Positions 1 to 15,100 of a stretch of DNA of 64,000 nt are shown in pieces. The number at the start of each line of letters is the position of its first letter. Position 1 is the stretch's first letter. The DNA is from Styela clava (lineage: Eukaryota): positions 11,532,001-11,596,000 of the forward strand of contig NC_135258.1 of the NCBI RefSeq assembly GCF_964204865.1, given 5' to 3'. The position numbers and the translations under genes are program-made. Below the pieces are notes generated by a model. It was not told the origin of the DNA, did not search any database, and saw nothing but the letters and a program-made list of their open reading frames with translations.

Positions 1-151
1 AGAAGTTAGACTATGATCTAACGAAAGCTCATAAATACACTTGATGTTTCGTGAAAAGAGATTATGTTATTTTTATTCATTTCTTATTCCCTTGTCCCTT
101 GTTCCTTCTCAATGTTTTTTGTTTGTTGCACACTTTCATGATTGTTAACAG

Positions 152-3100
152 ATCAAAATCCAAAACAAAATGTTACGGGTAAGAAATCAAGCCCTGCCAT
201 GACGGATCGTAGAAAATCAGCCAGTTCACAAGCTGAAGAAGGAGAACTTGGAAATCTAAGAGATGTTTATAAAGAATTATCCAAGGTAGAATTTTTATTT
301 GGTATTTCACTGGGTTATATAAAAGTTGAAATTATTAAAAAAATTATTTTTGCATTAGTGCCAGGAATAGGTAAACAGTGCAATATGAAACAAACACTTT
401 TATTGTGCAAACACATAGTTATCAGACATAGCCATCACAGGCTAATAGAATCCGCATATAATTTTTAGATTTCTATGATGCCTATATTATTGTTAGCATA
501 TATTCCCGACCAAACAGATAGAAAGCCAGATAAAAATTTAGACTGCCAAGCACATCATTCAACTCCGCTAGTTGCCTCAGCTAACCATAACACTAGTCAA
601 TTTAGTGACATTATTGATGTAACAATATGTTAAAAGATTTTTCTGATTAATTTTATTATGAAACAGCATGAAATGCGATTTTTTGATTACACTCCAAATG
701 TGACACGGGCAACAGATAATAAAGCAACGGGTCACATGTGGCCCGCGGACCTGGGTTTGGACCACCCTGGCCTACATATTAAGTTTGCCACTACTGCTTC
801 CTATATATTTATAGTTTATACAATTTTATTTCACTAATCGAATGGTGTTTTTTGCTTGAGACAATTACACTAAATTACACTCAAGCTCTTTACCTGAACA
901 AGGCTCTAGACAAGATCTTTTTGACTGCAATAACTACTGTACTGGAGAGATATTTGAAGAGCCGCTCAATTTTCACTGCACATGCATCCGCTGGAATCAA
1001 GAACTCAATTTTTTTAAATTTTTTGTAGACGTTTGGGCCAAATGGATGTTTGTATGGGTTTTGAACTTGATACCTCTAACATGTGTCTGAAGTCATATGG
1101 ATTTTTTTGTTGTGCTGTTGTTGTTTTTAGTTTTAAATCTGGAAAATCTCAAATTTTCTCGTTTTTGCTATTTCAGACCTGGTTTGACAAAATGGAGAAA
1201 CATGAATGTCCTTCTGTTTTCAAATTGTCAATGGATTTATCTTCGATGTCACAAATGAAAAATACACTACAAGATATGCAGAAGATATTGGGAAACATCT
1301 TGATTGATTGCAGAGTAAATTAGTTTAAACATTTTTAGAAATATATCATATTGCTACATTATTTTGAATCTACCACTTCAGATTTTTCTCCGTTGCTAAT
1401 CACTGCCAAAACTCTAACATTAGTAATAACTTGCATACAACATTTGAAAAAAAATTTGTATTGTTTAAAACTAATGGTGTGTGTATATGCATTCTGTATT
1501 CATTTATAGATTTTAGCTTAAAAATTGTAATTTTTATTCATATTCTATTGTTTGCAACTTTTTTATTCATTTGTAGGTAAAATCTTTCATTTGTCAACCT
1601 GGAAAATCAAAAATGTCTGCATTTTCATTTGGTAGAGATGATTTTGAGAAGAACAAATCCAAATTACCCGGAAAGTAAGTGTAATTCCTTGGCAACATTT
1701 TTTCCAAATTCCTTATACAACTCTCATGCACACCTATTTCCCCGAACAAGGCCTACAAAAAAACCAATTTCATCTTACGAGGAGCTGTTTTTGAAAAAAA
1801 AAATGGATTATTCCCCGTTCAGCATTGCATACCCAATCTAAAATAGTACCGGGAATTACCTTTCAAAACGTTAGACATCAGGGGAGTTGCACAGGGCTGT
1901 GTTCCGAGTAGAATAGATTAATTTTGTTCGCATATTTTACATCAAGTTATGTAGAAGGACTGAAACCAATGGGCAGGGGGTTATTCACTTGGTTCACACA
2001 GACAGTAACCGAACTGGTAATAGAACTGAAAAAGGAAAATCAGAATAAAATTATGGCCTGACCCTGGCCTGGTACACATACTTTTGGAGTACCCCATATT
2101 ATGGCATTGTCTGGTTAGTAATTCTGATTAGTATTTAATTCTCATTTCAGGTACCCAACTTATGTTCTTATTGCAAGAAACTTTTTGCTTTGGAGAAAAG
2201 CAGTTGGATGTTTCACTCAATCTGGTTGGTATTGGTTGTCATGTCAGTTGTTGTTAGATTGTTTTCCAAATGATTTTTGCCCCGATTTTCGAGAATTTAA
2301 TATTTTTATATCAATTGTATGACTCTAAAATTTACAAATTGTTTTGTTTGCTTTATAAAGTAATAATAATAATACAAATGGCTAGTAGAAAGTAGCAGGC
2401 TAAATTGCTTGTTCATTTACATTTCCTTACCAACAACTTCTAACCTTACGTTCTGACTGTTACAGGTCAGCAAGGAACATCAAAAACTGCAAAATTTTCA
2501 CCTTATGATTCAATGTTCAAACCAGAACAAAGTCCTCGACCACATGTAAGTTATATCAGTATAAATGCAGTTAAGATTTTTTAGTATTCAATTTCAATAT
2601 TATAGTTGTTTTGAAGACAGAGTTTCTTAAAGAGGTTCTTAAGCTACTCAGGGGGAGGGGGGGCAGGAAAGGGATTCCAACAGCGGGCCATGAATGATGG
2701 CTTTCACTAGAGAGCTTTGCGGAGTATTGCGACTTAATTTTACGATATGAATATTCACTAGCATTCAGAGTGGGTCACAGAAAAGTTCACTTGTAGTGAG
2801 GAACAAAATACTTCACTAGGTAGCATTCGCCATCACTTCATTAATATAATAAAAATGTACTGTGATGTATTTAATTCTTTGACTCTAATGCATATATTCT
2901 TTTGCTTTCATTTGTTGGCTTTCGTATTATAAAGCATAACGCATTGAACGCAGTTTTGAGAGTCATCGAACGGAAGCTACGAATTATGAATGTTTGAGAA
3001 CAACTAACTATTACATTGTTTCATTTGTACAGGAACATCGATTGTCATCACCGTGTGCTGCATATATACCAAGGCAACAATTTGTTATTGTTCATGTACA

Positions 3101-6100
3101 ATCACGTTCCGTAAAAGTTTGGGGATACAATATGTCTAATGAAACAGGTACCTATATATAAACAAGGTATTCCATTTACAATATAATATGCATTTCACTA
3201 TGTGAGCATAAAAAGTCAGGTCAGATATTTTCCGATTCTAATATGTTACTCGGTAACTACCGCATATCCTTGCGTATAACCCGAGTTTAAAACTCAAAAA
3301 ATAGTTGTTGCTGTAGCAGCAATAACAGTCTGTGATTGGTCAGTCAATACGAAACAATGTCCAATGTGGCGAAACAATGTCCATTTTTTTGTGACCTTTT
3401 GTGTTTTGTCAGGGTTTCAAGTATTTGTTAAAGCTAGTTATTTACTGCTCCCTCTATCTATGCTCTGAATTATTTGACATATTTCCCATTCCAATACCTG
3501 TCTTGAAATGATTACCATAGGAAAATACAAGGTTTGCCATAAAGTTGGGATCCTCTTATTGGTTTGATAATTACCGTATATAATCGCGAATAGGCCGAGT
3601 TTAAAACTCAAAAAAAAAGTTGCCAAACTAAGGGACCGTCTTATTCACGCATAACTCAGATTGCACCAAAAAATCGGCTCATTCGCGCGTCAGAATTTGA
3701 TCACGCAACAAGATGATATTATGCTGACTTGCCGGTAATTCCAAAAGCTTCAAACCATACAAAGTCCTCACGATAAAAAGCGTGCATGCACACACAAAAT
3801 CGCTTGTGAAGGTGGATTGTCTTATCATACAGCTGATGGCTTGTACAGTCTGTGATTGGTTGTTTAACATGTGACCCTTGTACAGTCTGTGATTGATTTG
3901 TTTTCACTCGCTTGTGGAGGTGTGATTGTCTTATCATACAGCTTATCATAGAGGCAATTAACGGCGCGCGACTTTTAATCACTTTTACGATATGTTATCC
4001 GTTAAGGGGCGGTGATAAGGACTCTTAGCGAAATTAACCGCGTTGTGGACGATCAAAGGAAATTGTCTCAAAAAAATGCTGACTCAGGGACAGGGACTCT
4101 TTTAAACTCCCGACAACAATCCCTCCCATTAATACAAATCACGATGCATGAAAAGCAATATCAACTTTATTAACATGAATTTACAAGTAAGAGTTACGAG
4201 TAAGAATCTACGGCTGTCGCTAACAAACAGAAATGATAAACGTGAGAAATATTTGTGTTACAACAATTTTGTTTTCTTTCTGCGCCTTTCTTAAGGCGTC
4301 TGGCGTGTTAAGATTCGTAGCAATTTATAAGAATGTGTTAATACAGCGTTATTTCTTTCCTTGAAACGGACAAGGAACGAAATTAATCGCCATTGTGGCC
4401 ATCAATGGAAATCGTTTTATGCTGATTCAGGAACTCTATTTTAAACTCCCGACACAATCACGACGCACTGAAAAGCAATATAGACTTTATTTAACATAAA
4501 TTAACAAGTAAGAGTTACGGGTAATAATCCACCAACGGCCCTCGCCAACATGCAAAAACGATAAACGTGAGAAATGTTTGCGTTACAATAATTTTGTTCT
4601 CTTTCTACGTTTTTCTTGAGGCCTCCGGCGTGTAACGATTCGTAGGACCGGCTTATGTGCGATTTTTTATGAAATCACCGTTTTAAGGCCGTTTTTAGGG
4701 AGGCGGCCTATTCGCGATATAGGCGTAATTTTGCGTAAATACGGTATATCGTTAATTGTAGAAAATCGTTACTTGTGTCCATGGTAATGCAATGATCTAC
4801 TTAAATCTATGACAATAACAGACAATTCATTTCCCTTCTTTTTGTTTAACTTTCTGATAATAATATTCATTATTAATTAAGCTCGGAACTTGCAAGTTAA
4901 ACTGTCGCATTGTATTGATTTTCACAATGCAAGAAGACGTGCTCTCGACTGCATTACTTTTCAAAAGTTGTCGTTATTTCGTCATTGTACTTTTCAAGCT
5001 GGATTCTCACAGCAACCTACTGAAAGTGTTAAAAAAGGTATGAAATTCTTTATTTGCTACTTCATCAAGGTGTTTTATGTAAATGTACGAACCGAATGGT
5101 TTCCAATTTTATCATTACTAATTTTTGTGTCCACCAATAAAACAAAAGCTCAAGTATGCTTGCATATAATTGCATTAGGTTACCTTCAAATTTTTTTAAG
5201 ATTGATTTGCTATAATTCTGAAGTATGTGATAAATATTCGGTACTCCCGTAGTGTGTGTACCAGGTTAGGGTTAGGCCATAATTTTCCATCCAATTATCC
5301 ATATTTTAGTTCTCTTACGAGTTCGGGGACTGTGTATGTTAGCCAAGTGGGTCCTCCTGAAGTATGCGCACCAAGATGGTGCACAACCTGAACTCAGGTT
5401 GTGTACCAGGTTAGGGTTCAGGTTATGCGACATCTTGGTGCGCACACTTCAGGAGTACCGCCAAATGAATATACACCCTCCCCATAGGCTTCCGTACCTT
5501 TAGCCAACTTGAGGTAAAGTAGGTGAACAAAAGTAGTTATCTCCATATTAGTACATACAGTTCTGGAGCGCCAAATAATCTGCATGAATCATATTTCTTG
5601 ATATTTTTCTCCATTAATGCATAATACGAATTCCTTAATTTTAATAGTCAATTTTTTCTCTGTATATTATACACAATGAAATAGCTTTTCAACTATTAAA
5701 ATTATTAAAACCATAGTCGTAGTTTTAGTGGGTTGTTGATCAGGTATTAGCTTTTTAGTTGGTTATTTTGAATCTGTATGTGTTAAACAGCTTGTAGGAA
5801 GTGTAGGAAGACTTTGATTGTATAGATCAGGTTCAAATATCACCAAAATGTAATACACAGTGTCTAGAAATATCATGGATTCTAGTAAGAAAAGTTTCCC
5901 AGTGCAAGTCAGAATTTTTGTCCATTTAATTTCATGCGTTTCTGCTTATTAGGTGGTATGTTTATTCATCAGAATGAATAGCTTGAGTGTTTTAAGCTAC
6001 CATGAAAGAAAACATTTATCTTCTATTAGATGAGCCAGAGCAGGTCAGAAGACAAGTTTTAATATCTCCAGTTTTTATAAGAATGATGACAAGTTCTCCA

Positions 6101-9100
6101 TCGGATCATAATTTTTATGGTATTTCTACAAAATTTATTATGTGCAAAGTGCAAAAGGTAGTCAGTTTTATACAAAAAGGAAAGGATGTACTGTTATGCT
6201 GGAAAATTGTATTTAGGCTGTGTTACATCTGATCTTATTTTAAATACTCATTCAATTATTCTTTAAGTGTTATATTCAATACAGAAAGTACAAGGAAATA
6301 GCAAGTATCTTGTGAGCTTTCATTGAGTCTCAGACAGGGGCGCAGTCAGAAGTCTTGAGGGTCTGAGAAGTGTTTTGAGCTACGAAAAATTTGCTATGTT
6401 TGATACAGAAAAATGCTTTTTTTACTCTACGACCCCCTCACAGGCTAGGCCCTTGTTCCTGGGTACGTCCCTGTTCTCAGGGGTTCGTTGAACAGCTAAC
6501 GAATAGACAGAACATGAACAGTTAGGATTTTTAGGCTTTTTGAAATAGGGATGAATAGATTCCTCTTATCCATTATATATAATACTAACTAGATCTTTTG
6601 AAAAACTTTTTTGAGTTATCTATTAATATTAAAGAAGCATTATACTTATCTCTCTCAGGTGATTCTCATACAAACTCATTCACACAAGATGTGAAGGATG
6701 TTGATTTGGTTCTTATCAATTCAAAGTTACCATCAGATAACGAATTACAATCACAACGAAGATCAAAATCAAACAAGTATGCATTGTTATATTTCTTTTT
6801 ATTATTTATAATTTTTTGCAACTTGTGTGGGATTATTTTTTTGAAAATTATTCAACCATGTGCTGCGTAGTCTATTGCAGCGTTTGCGCCCATTGATTAC
6901 TGCAACAACTGAACTAAAGCTCCTAGAAAGATGTAATGACAATTAAGTTATTCAATTTACAACTATTTTTGGAAAACACAACTGAAAACTGACAAATAAC
7001 ACGCAAAACTATGAAAACGAGGCAATGTTTACAACCATGCTTGAATATCTGTCTGAGCGACTACAGAAATTGCAATTGCTACATCATTGTTGATTGGTTA
7101 TGGTTACAGAAATAAACAAGGAAATCAGGACTCGGGGAAACATCCATTATATGACCTACTATGGTCTCCACTTCAGTTGTGAAATGACTTCAAAGTCGAA
7201 AAACCATAAATTGAATTGTTGCTTTCTATAATATACAATTTCATATATGAATATTTGGATTCCCAGCTTTCAATGCTAGTAAATATTTGATGAAAAAAAT
7301 GTAACCAGGAAATTGTCATTTTACCCTCGTTTTCTTACTTGGAACATATAGTGTTTTTAATATAGAAAATTTTTTTATTCAGGAGAGTGTTTTTCAACGA
7401 AGCATATCTTTCCAACACACCTGTCAAACCACTTTGTATTACTCATTCTAACAAAGACATGGATGTTGCAACACAATATGCTCATCAATATTTGGAAATG
7501 AAAGCTAATTTGAAAAAGGTATAAAAATTTTATTTCATAAAAGTGTGATGCAGGGTTGACTGTACTGCAATCCAAAACAAGAAGGGATAGATGAAATAAA
7601 GAACTCTGAACCTGAACTTTCATCATTTGTTGAGTACCAACTGGTCGAAACTGAGTTTTTTTATATGACGCATAATTGTGGTTCATCTACGAACAAGGCC
7701 TTGTAAAAAATTCCCTGATAACGGTATGCCTAACATTAACTGCAACGCCAAGAAATTTGAGTGGTGGTATGATTTTTTCAAAATCATTATATCGGTAATC
7801 AGCTCCAGTGCAAGCTCATTAACAATTATGAGGGTCATCATATTGCTTTTATTGTCTTTGTGAGGTTATTTTTAAATAAATTAATTTCTTATTCCAGAGA
7901 GGGGAGGAACAACAACATTTACTCAGAGTATTTTCAAACTGGAGAGAAAGACCTGGTTCTATTTCTAATGTTTCAATCACTAAGGAAGTACTACAGGTAC
8001 ACTCTGACCCTTTTGTATAATTCAATGATATCCATATACAGTACTGGTTCAATTTGATATCTGCATTATATATAGGATAGAATGGAATAGGATTTACATA
8101 TTTATCCCGGGGAAAGGAAAGTGATAAGAGGGCTTAATCATATGGCGAACCACGGCCTCTCATCAGGTTCCCATTCATGTAGGGTTTGGGATTAGTTAGA
8201 CAGCTATTTGTTTCAGATGCATGACTTGATGGTGGAGGAAGCTGTAATCGACGAGCGGTTTTGTAAACCACTCTGCAGCGACAAGGACTCCAACAATCTT
8301 GTCGCACATAATTATCCCTGCATGGAATTCAAACCTGCAAAATCATGCAGGGTAATCAGAGGATGCGAGTGTATTCCTAACGCTTAGCACGATATCCATC
8401 ACCTAAACATATTCTATCAAAAGAGTTAAAAACATGTTTTCTTGAAGACTTGGAAATCAATATACAATATTTTTGCAAGTTTGTTCAAAGCAAGCCTTTA
8501 ATAAGTGAAAGTAGAAAGAGTACTGATAAAGTAAGTGGCAACTGATGCCACAAGAGCTATGTATAGTTGTGTTCTTGTGTCAGATATGCCAGTGAGGTGT
8601 GAGAAATTTAGTTCAATAGTGCCACAAGAATAGTTGTGCAAAATAGAATCCACAAAATACAGTCTCGGAAAAAAGGCATTTAGCATATAAGTTTTCTCGC
8701 CAAGCTAGAATAGTAACCTTCAGCTAGACACCTAGTAATATGGAGTGACTGAAATATCACACAATACAAAAACTTTAATTATTTACCTTTTTAAAAACAT
8801 ATTTTTCGATATGAATAATTTCAAATAAAATTGTTGTATTGGAAGCTGCATTCATTATAAGTAAAAGTTTCGCTTTGAACTTTTTATAATTCTGGTTTGT
8901 ATTCAAACTATTCTTATAATTTGAAGGTTTTGCTACGACATTCGCGTGTGATTCATCACGTAACATCACCGATGCTTTTCAATCCGCACTGGCGAAAACA
9001 AATTTTGGAATTAAGAAAACCATCTACGGAAAATGAAACTCCTGTTCCTGACCAGAAAGATATTCAAGTATCTAAACGACAAAAAAGACTTTCTGGTGTA

Positions 9101-12100
9101 ATGAGAAAATCTGGAGATTTCACAGGTAGAACCACTTTGTTACCAAGTATCGCGGATTGTAGTATATTCGGAGTGGTATTTTCATTTTTGGTATATTTGC
9201 CACAGATCAGAAAACTCTTTTTAAACGATAGGAAGTAAAACCTATGTTTTTCAAATGTTTTTATTACTTTGGAGAAATTTTAAAATGAATTTTATTGTAA
9301 TAGGTGTTGTCAGATAATGGGATTTCATGCAAATGAAATTGTGAGATGCTTGGCATTTTTTGAAGATTATCTTCTATCAAGTTTTGCGGAGTGAATTTTG
9401 AATTATGTCATGATTTTGTTGCAAATTTGTTCGAAATTAGAATCCATTGCAAGGAAAAAATTTACAATACCCAACTATTCAAATGGCTTGCTTCATATCT
9501 GGGTTATTCCAGCAAGTGCAGCAATCTTTTCATTGATAATAATTCCCCTGCGCTTTTATCGACGTTTTTCTTTCTATTTCTGATTGTTCTGTTACTACTA
9601 ATCTGTTTCTATATTAAGGAAAATCATATGAAGATGCAAAATCACGAAGTCGGAGTAATTCAACACGAAAGGAAAATGCAAACAAAGGTTCCAAAGGAAA
9701 TTTATCTCAACTGGTATCAGAAAGGTAGGTGTAATCCTGTATTTGGCTATGTCTAGTCAAGTTTACTATTGCTGCATTAGATAGCATGACTTGTCTATCT
9801 TTTGACAGTCATGTATGCCGCAACAGACAAAGACAAAATTCTGCTTCAAAATTCATGAATGAAAAACACCATTCATTATAATTTCTATTCCTTTTATCTA
9901 TACTATTTATACTTATGATTTTATTTCTGAAAATTTGGCAGTTCTCTCATTTTCCTTCTAATGTTACTTAATAGTAATTCTCAGATATTATTATTTAGTT
10001 TGGATGACACGAGATATGATACTGAAGAACTAAGAAGATCACTCATGATGCATTATGTACAATACTGGCAGAGCATGAATTTTATTATGGTATGTTTGGA
10101 AATCTTTATATTGCATATGTTAGGATTCACGAGCTGTAGCCAGGGAGGAAGGAGGTGATTTTTCTGTATCATCCAAAACAACTCTTTGAAGCTTGAAATG
10201 TTTTTTAGATTCTCAAGACTCTTGGGACCCCATGTTTTCGGCCTCTGACCGGACACGCTAGTTGTTACGATCTAACTTGGCTCATAGAAATTTTAGAACC
10301 AACCCGTCGGAAAATCCTGGCTGTTTCCTTGTTGATTCATTATTGTTTTCAGTAATTGGAGAAATTGAAGTATCACTACTGAATTCAATTTTGTATTTAA
10401 GTAATGTTCAAAAATCCACCATATTACGGAAAATATGTGTGCAGTGTCAAATCTATTTTCTTTTTTAATATCAGCTGAAGAAGCTTACCGTTTCTGGATT
10501 TATCGATTATTAATTTTTAAATGTGATTTGTGTCTTAGCTTCTATCTACATGCATCCAGTTTTTCGAATTTTAATCTCTTAATGGACATAATTATAGTGA
10601 TATGAAAAATATTTTATCTCCATTGTACATATATTTCAGGTTAAAGATGATAAGACAGGAAGAACAGATAAATTGATAAGGAAATCGAGTTCTATTGATA
10701 AATCTGCTTCAAAGTACAAAAAATCAAGAACACAGGAATCAACAAAACAGAAAATTGAAGGTTGTTTTCTCTATGAAAATTTTTTCACACTACTTTTTTT
10801 CTGGAAACTTTTCTGCTGATGTCATGCTTTGGAAGTTCCATAAATAACACTTGTAACACATCAGGAGCATATCCATATTCTGTGGGTTACATCTTCATAT
10901 GTAATAATAAAACTTGCATTAAACAGAATTCCCTTTTTCCATGTCTGAAAATCTAACACATAACTAGAGCTCTAACATATACAAAATAAGTATAAACCCT
11001 TTTTTTCTTAATTCGCTTCAAATTTTCATTCTCCCCACATTTTTGAATGGTTGTAAATCGAATCATGGCATGAAATGGGATTACAAAAAGTAAGGAGGCC
11101 AAGGTATACAATTAGGAGCCTCTGCTGGCACTAAACTAGGTATGATGACCTTGCCCTAAGTTAATTTTTTTGCGTCATTTCATAATACTGTTACCAGATC
11201 ATCGCCAGACAATGACCGTAATTTTCAAGTTTCAATATTTGTTATAAAATTTCACGGATTTTGTTCTCATTTATACAAGTTTTAAACAATCTTTTTTTAT
11301 AGATGTACCTGAGAAAAAAGTGGAGTCAAAACATCCAATATGTTTATATCGAGTATCAGCTGGAGGAATTGTAATTGTTGAAATATCATGTGCAGGAAGG
11401 AATTTCTCTGTTAAGGTAAATCTAGATTTTTTTTGCCTAGAATTTTTTTTTATCGTTCGATTTCAGTTGTAATACAAATTCGATATGTTATATTTTTCAG
11501 TTACACGTTATTGAAGCGTCAAGACTACAATATCAACAAAATTTAAATCAACAAATGACTGTTTTATTTCTGAATGATTGTGAACACTTGAAGGTATGAT
11601 TCAAACTTTTATTTCCTATATTATGTGCTGCTTTAGCTTATAATTCAATAACTAACTTGATCTTTTTTCAAAATCTTATTTGATCTGCTCAATTAATATG
11701 CAATCCAATATATCCTAGGTAGCAAGGTAGATGAACAAGTGATAGAAAACGATCGCTGTTCGAGAACGAGAATGGTTAAAATGTAAATTGGATATGGATC
11801 ATCATTAAATTTCTAAGGATTATATTAAAAGAGATATATGCATGAATAACACATTCAAAACAGAAAGAATTTGTGGAGATAAATATGGCTTCAATAGGTT
11901 TACTATTTTCTGTAGTTTGCCGGAATTAAATTATATAATTTTGAGTGTATTTAAAGAATCTATTGGTTTTAAAAATCGCTGTAAATTACTAAACCTGACT
12001 TATGCATAATGTACGGCTGAATCTTGTTAGATAAATTGAGTAACGATTACATGTTATTATTCCAGGATGACACCCACCTTCATTCCTTCACCTACGATTT

Positions 12101-15100
12101 TCATCTTCGTTATATACAAATGTATGTGCAAGATCGTCAGACAGCTATTAAACCTGGATATCATATCGTGTCTCTACTCAAGGATTTTATCGAATATTAC
12201 CAGACTCCACCATGTAAGTCAATCTTTGTATTATGACTAAAGAAAGATCTACACAAAAATGAACTTTCATGTTAGTGTTAACAAAGTGGTGTATTGATGT
12301 TGTGTCACACTTGTTCCGCTTAAGCCAGTTGAACCTCTTGCACCATTTTTATCAAGCACAAGATATTAAACTTTTCCTACGTAGAAATTACTGTTCATGT
12401 CAATGTTGAGACGACTGCCAATTAAGTTGTTTCTCAAATATGTTATCCCACTTGTACCATCTTTACCATGCACAAATGGTGCAAGAGGTAAAAGTTGTGT
12501 GATACATCATTACAATTATGGTCATAATTAATGCTAACCAGAATGAAAATAAAGATAATGATATGATTGTGTTGGAATCTCCTAAAGCCTAGGGGGGCTT
12601 GCTTTTGCTTGCTTGGGGTCGAAGTAAATGTCCATTGAAGTTCTGTGCATATTCAAGCTTGGCACTGCACAGTATTTCACTTGAATGACTTTTTTATGTT
12701 GTAAAAGAACGAATTGTATACACTTCACAATACTAATTGTATCAGGTTCTCTAATATATTATCTCTTTGACAGCGTTTGTGTTCAATCAAATATATCAAG
12801 GAGTGGTGAAGGCATCATGTTCTCACGTTACTGCAGAAGAATTATATGAATATGTTGTCGGAAAACAAGCTTCTCATCATGGATTCAAAACATTGAAATT
12901 AATTGACAATGAAGTATCTAAAAACGAACATGCCTTGGTAAGACTAGTAGCTCAGCTATTTTAATTGTTACCTTTTGTCATTGATCTTTACATTGGTAGG
13001 CATATAGGGTTGCTTTTTATAGTTCTATACAGGGTGTTTGTAGCTGATACACGGATATATATGTACACAAAAATGAAACAACAATTTCAGCGCTAAATTT
13101 ATATTACATGTTTGCAACAATGTAACAATTAGAATTATGCGTCGTTATTGACCTGATCTGATAATATTCATTATGCAAGATCAAGTTTTGCATTCAATTG
13201 CATGGGATATATTATTTCTTTTCTCCTATATTAACATCTCATTGTGGAACGCACAGAAAAAATGGCAATGAAAGTGCGTGTGAAAAAGGTTGGGAAGCAT
13301 TGATACACAGGATGTAATAAATATGTAGACCCACACAGTGTCCAATCATAATTGACTCCAAAGCAGACAAAATGAATTTCATTCATTCCATTCATGTCGT
13401 TTTTGCAGGTATCCTCTCATTTAATATGGGGTCAATTTCATTCAACGTCTTGCAATAAAGATGAACATGGAATGTATGATGTTGGGTATGTCATCTGGCA
13501 TGATTTGAATTCAACAGAAGAAAAGAAAGTCAAGTTAAATTTCTTTGTCTTATTCACAAACAGAAGACATCTATTTCCGAGGTTCGATCGCATGGGTAAG
13601 TTGATGGTTACTGTGACTGGTCCAAGTTTGCCTCATTGCATGTCCTAACATAGTCAAAAGCTAACATAGTTAAAGCGAAATGTTAGGCACGCAGTAATAG
13701 TAACATGATACTGCAAGAGTTTATCTATATTTTACCTTTGCAAAATTTTTGATCCTTATTTTCAGAGCGTTTCGCCCAAGTTTCATTTAAACTAATTTAC
13801 ATGTTCATAACCACCATTTTATTCAAATTATTTCACCTTCTGTCATTAAATAGTTAACTAATCTAGTCTTGCTATTCCGGGACTAATTTTTGGTAACTGC
13901 ACCTGAACTAAATCTCCTCAGAATACGAAATGGCCATTTATTTTACTGAATTATAACTAGGTAAATTTTTGGAAACACAATGAAAAACTTGCGAAACTAT
14001 GAAAACAATCTAATTGTTACTGACCTTTGGCATCCTGCTCACTAACCAATGCGACGGAACTAAACAAGAAGGTAGATGCTTGTGGAAACATCCATTGTCT
14101 TCCTATTAAAATCCATATGATACGTAAGAACAATCTCCAAAATAGTTAGTGCTCAGTTTTTGTAGCATTTTATAAATATTATTTCAGAGGGCCGTCCTCA
14201 CCTAACTTTTCCTGTAAGAAGAAGATCTTCAAATTTAGTCACTCGTACCAGCCAAGAAAAAATTCCATCAACTGACAAAACAATGTCACCTGCACCTTAT
14301 CCCAGCACAGTTTTGAATGTCAAACAACAAGGACAAAGTCCTACATCTTCTCAATCGACGTCTTCACTACAAAAACTCGCAAATCAGGCCACAACTCCGA
14401 CAAATTCTGCGAAAAAAGAAGCTATTCATTTATCGCCTCTTTCTTCGAGAAAATTTAATATTAATGCTCAAGCGAGAGAAACATTTGCAAAAACAAAATC
14501 ACCGACGGAATCGATAGTTTCGCCGACATATAACCAAGAAAACGTTTTCTATACCCCTGGACCACCAAGTCTCATAAAAAGAAAATTGATATCTCAGGGA
14601 AGACGACAATCAATGCCTAATGTAGGTACCTTGCCACTTGGGATTCGACGTAATCCACAAGATCCACCAAGACAAGCAACAGAGTTTTTACAAATGCAGA
14701 ATTCCACAGGACATTCTGTGAGATCTACAAATGAAGATAAATTTGCTTTACAAGAAGAAGGTTTGTCCAATCATAGGTCATTATAGGTTATGTGAAATGG
14801 TTTTTGGATGTCCTGAAAAACCATTTTTCCCTTAGCACCACAAGTGTGGAAAAAATTGATAGGCCTATTATTGAATGTACTTGAAGTATTCTTTTTCTTT
14901 AAGACCCATTCTAGCATTCTGCATGATTATTCTGAGTCATGTTCTCGGTGAAGGTGCAAAACAACGCATAAAAGCATATTTTGTTTTCATATTACAATCA
15001 CGCATCGAAAGAAAACTTTAAAGGAGCAGTATATAAATATAACAAAAACATAAGTCGAGACCTGGTATTATTGCCAATCTTTTTCTTCACCTTTCTATGG

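Noticed and set aside
5264-5277. Interstitial telomere or chromosome fusion relic
   Set aside because: Only about two TTAGGG-type units, always embedded in the same MITE families.
8150-8172. Hammerhead ribozyme core (CTGATGAG on the minus strand) inside the SINE
   Set aside because: No GAAA after a stem II and no closing stems are apparent.
8300-8400. Functional tRNA gene (also at ~62250-62315)
   Set aside because: Only degenerate A/B boxes with no cloverleaf, followed by repeat bodies, so treated as SINE heads.
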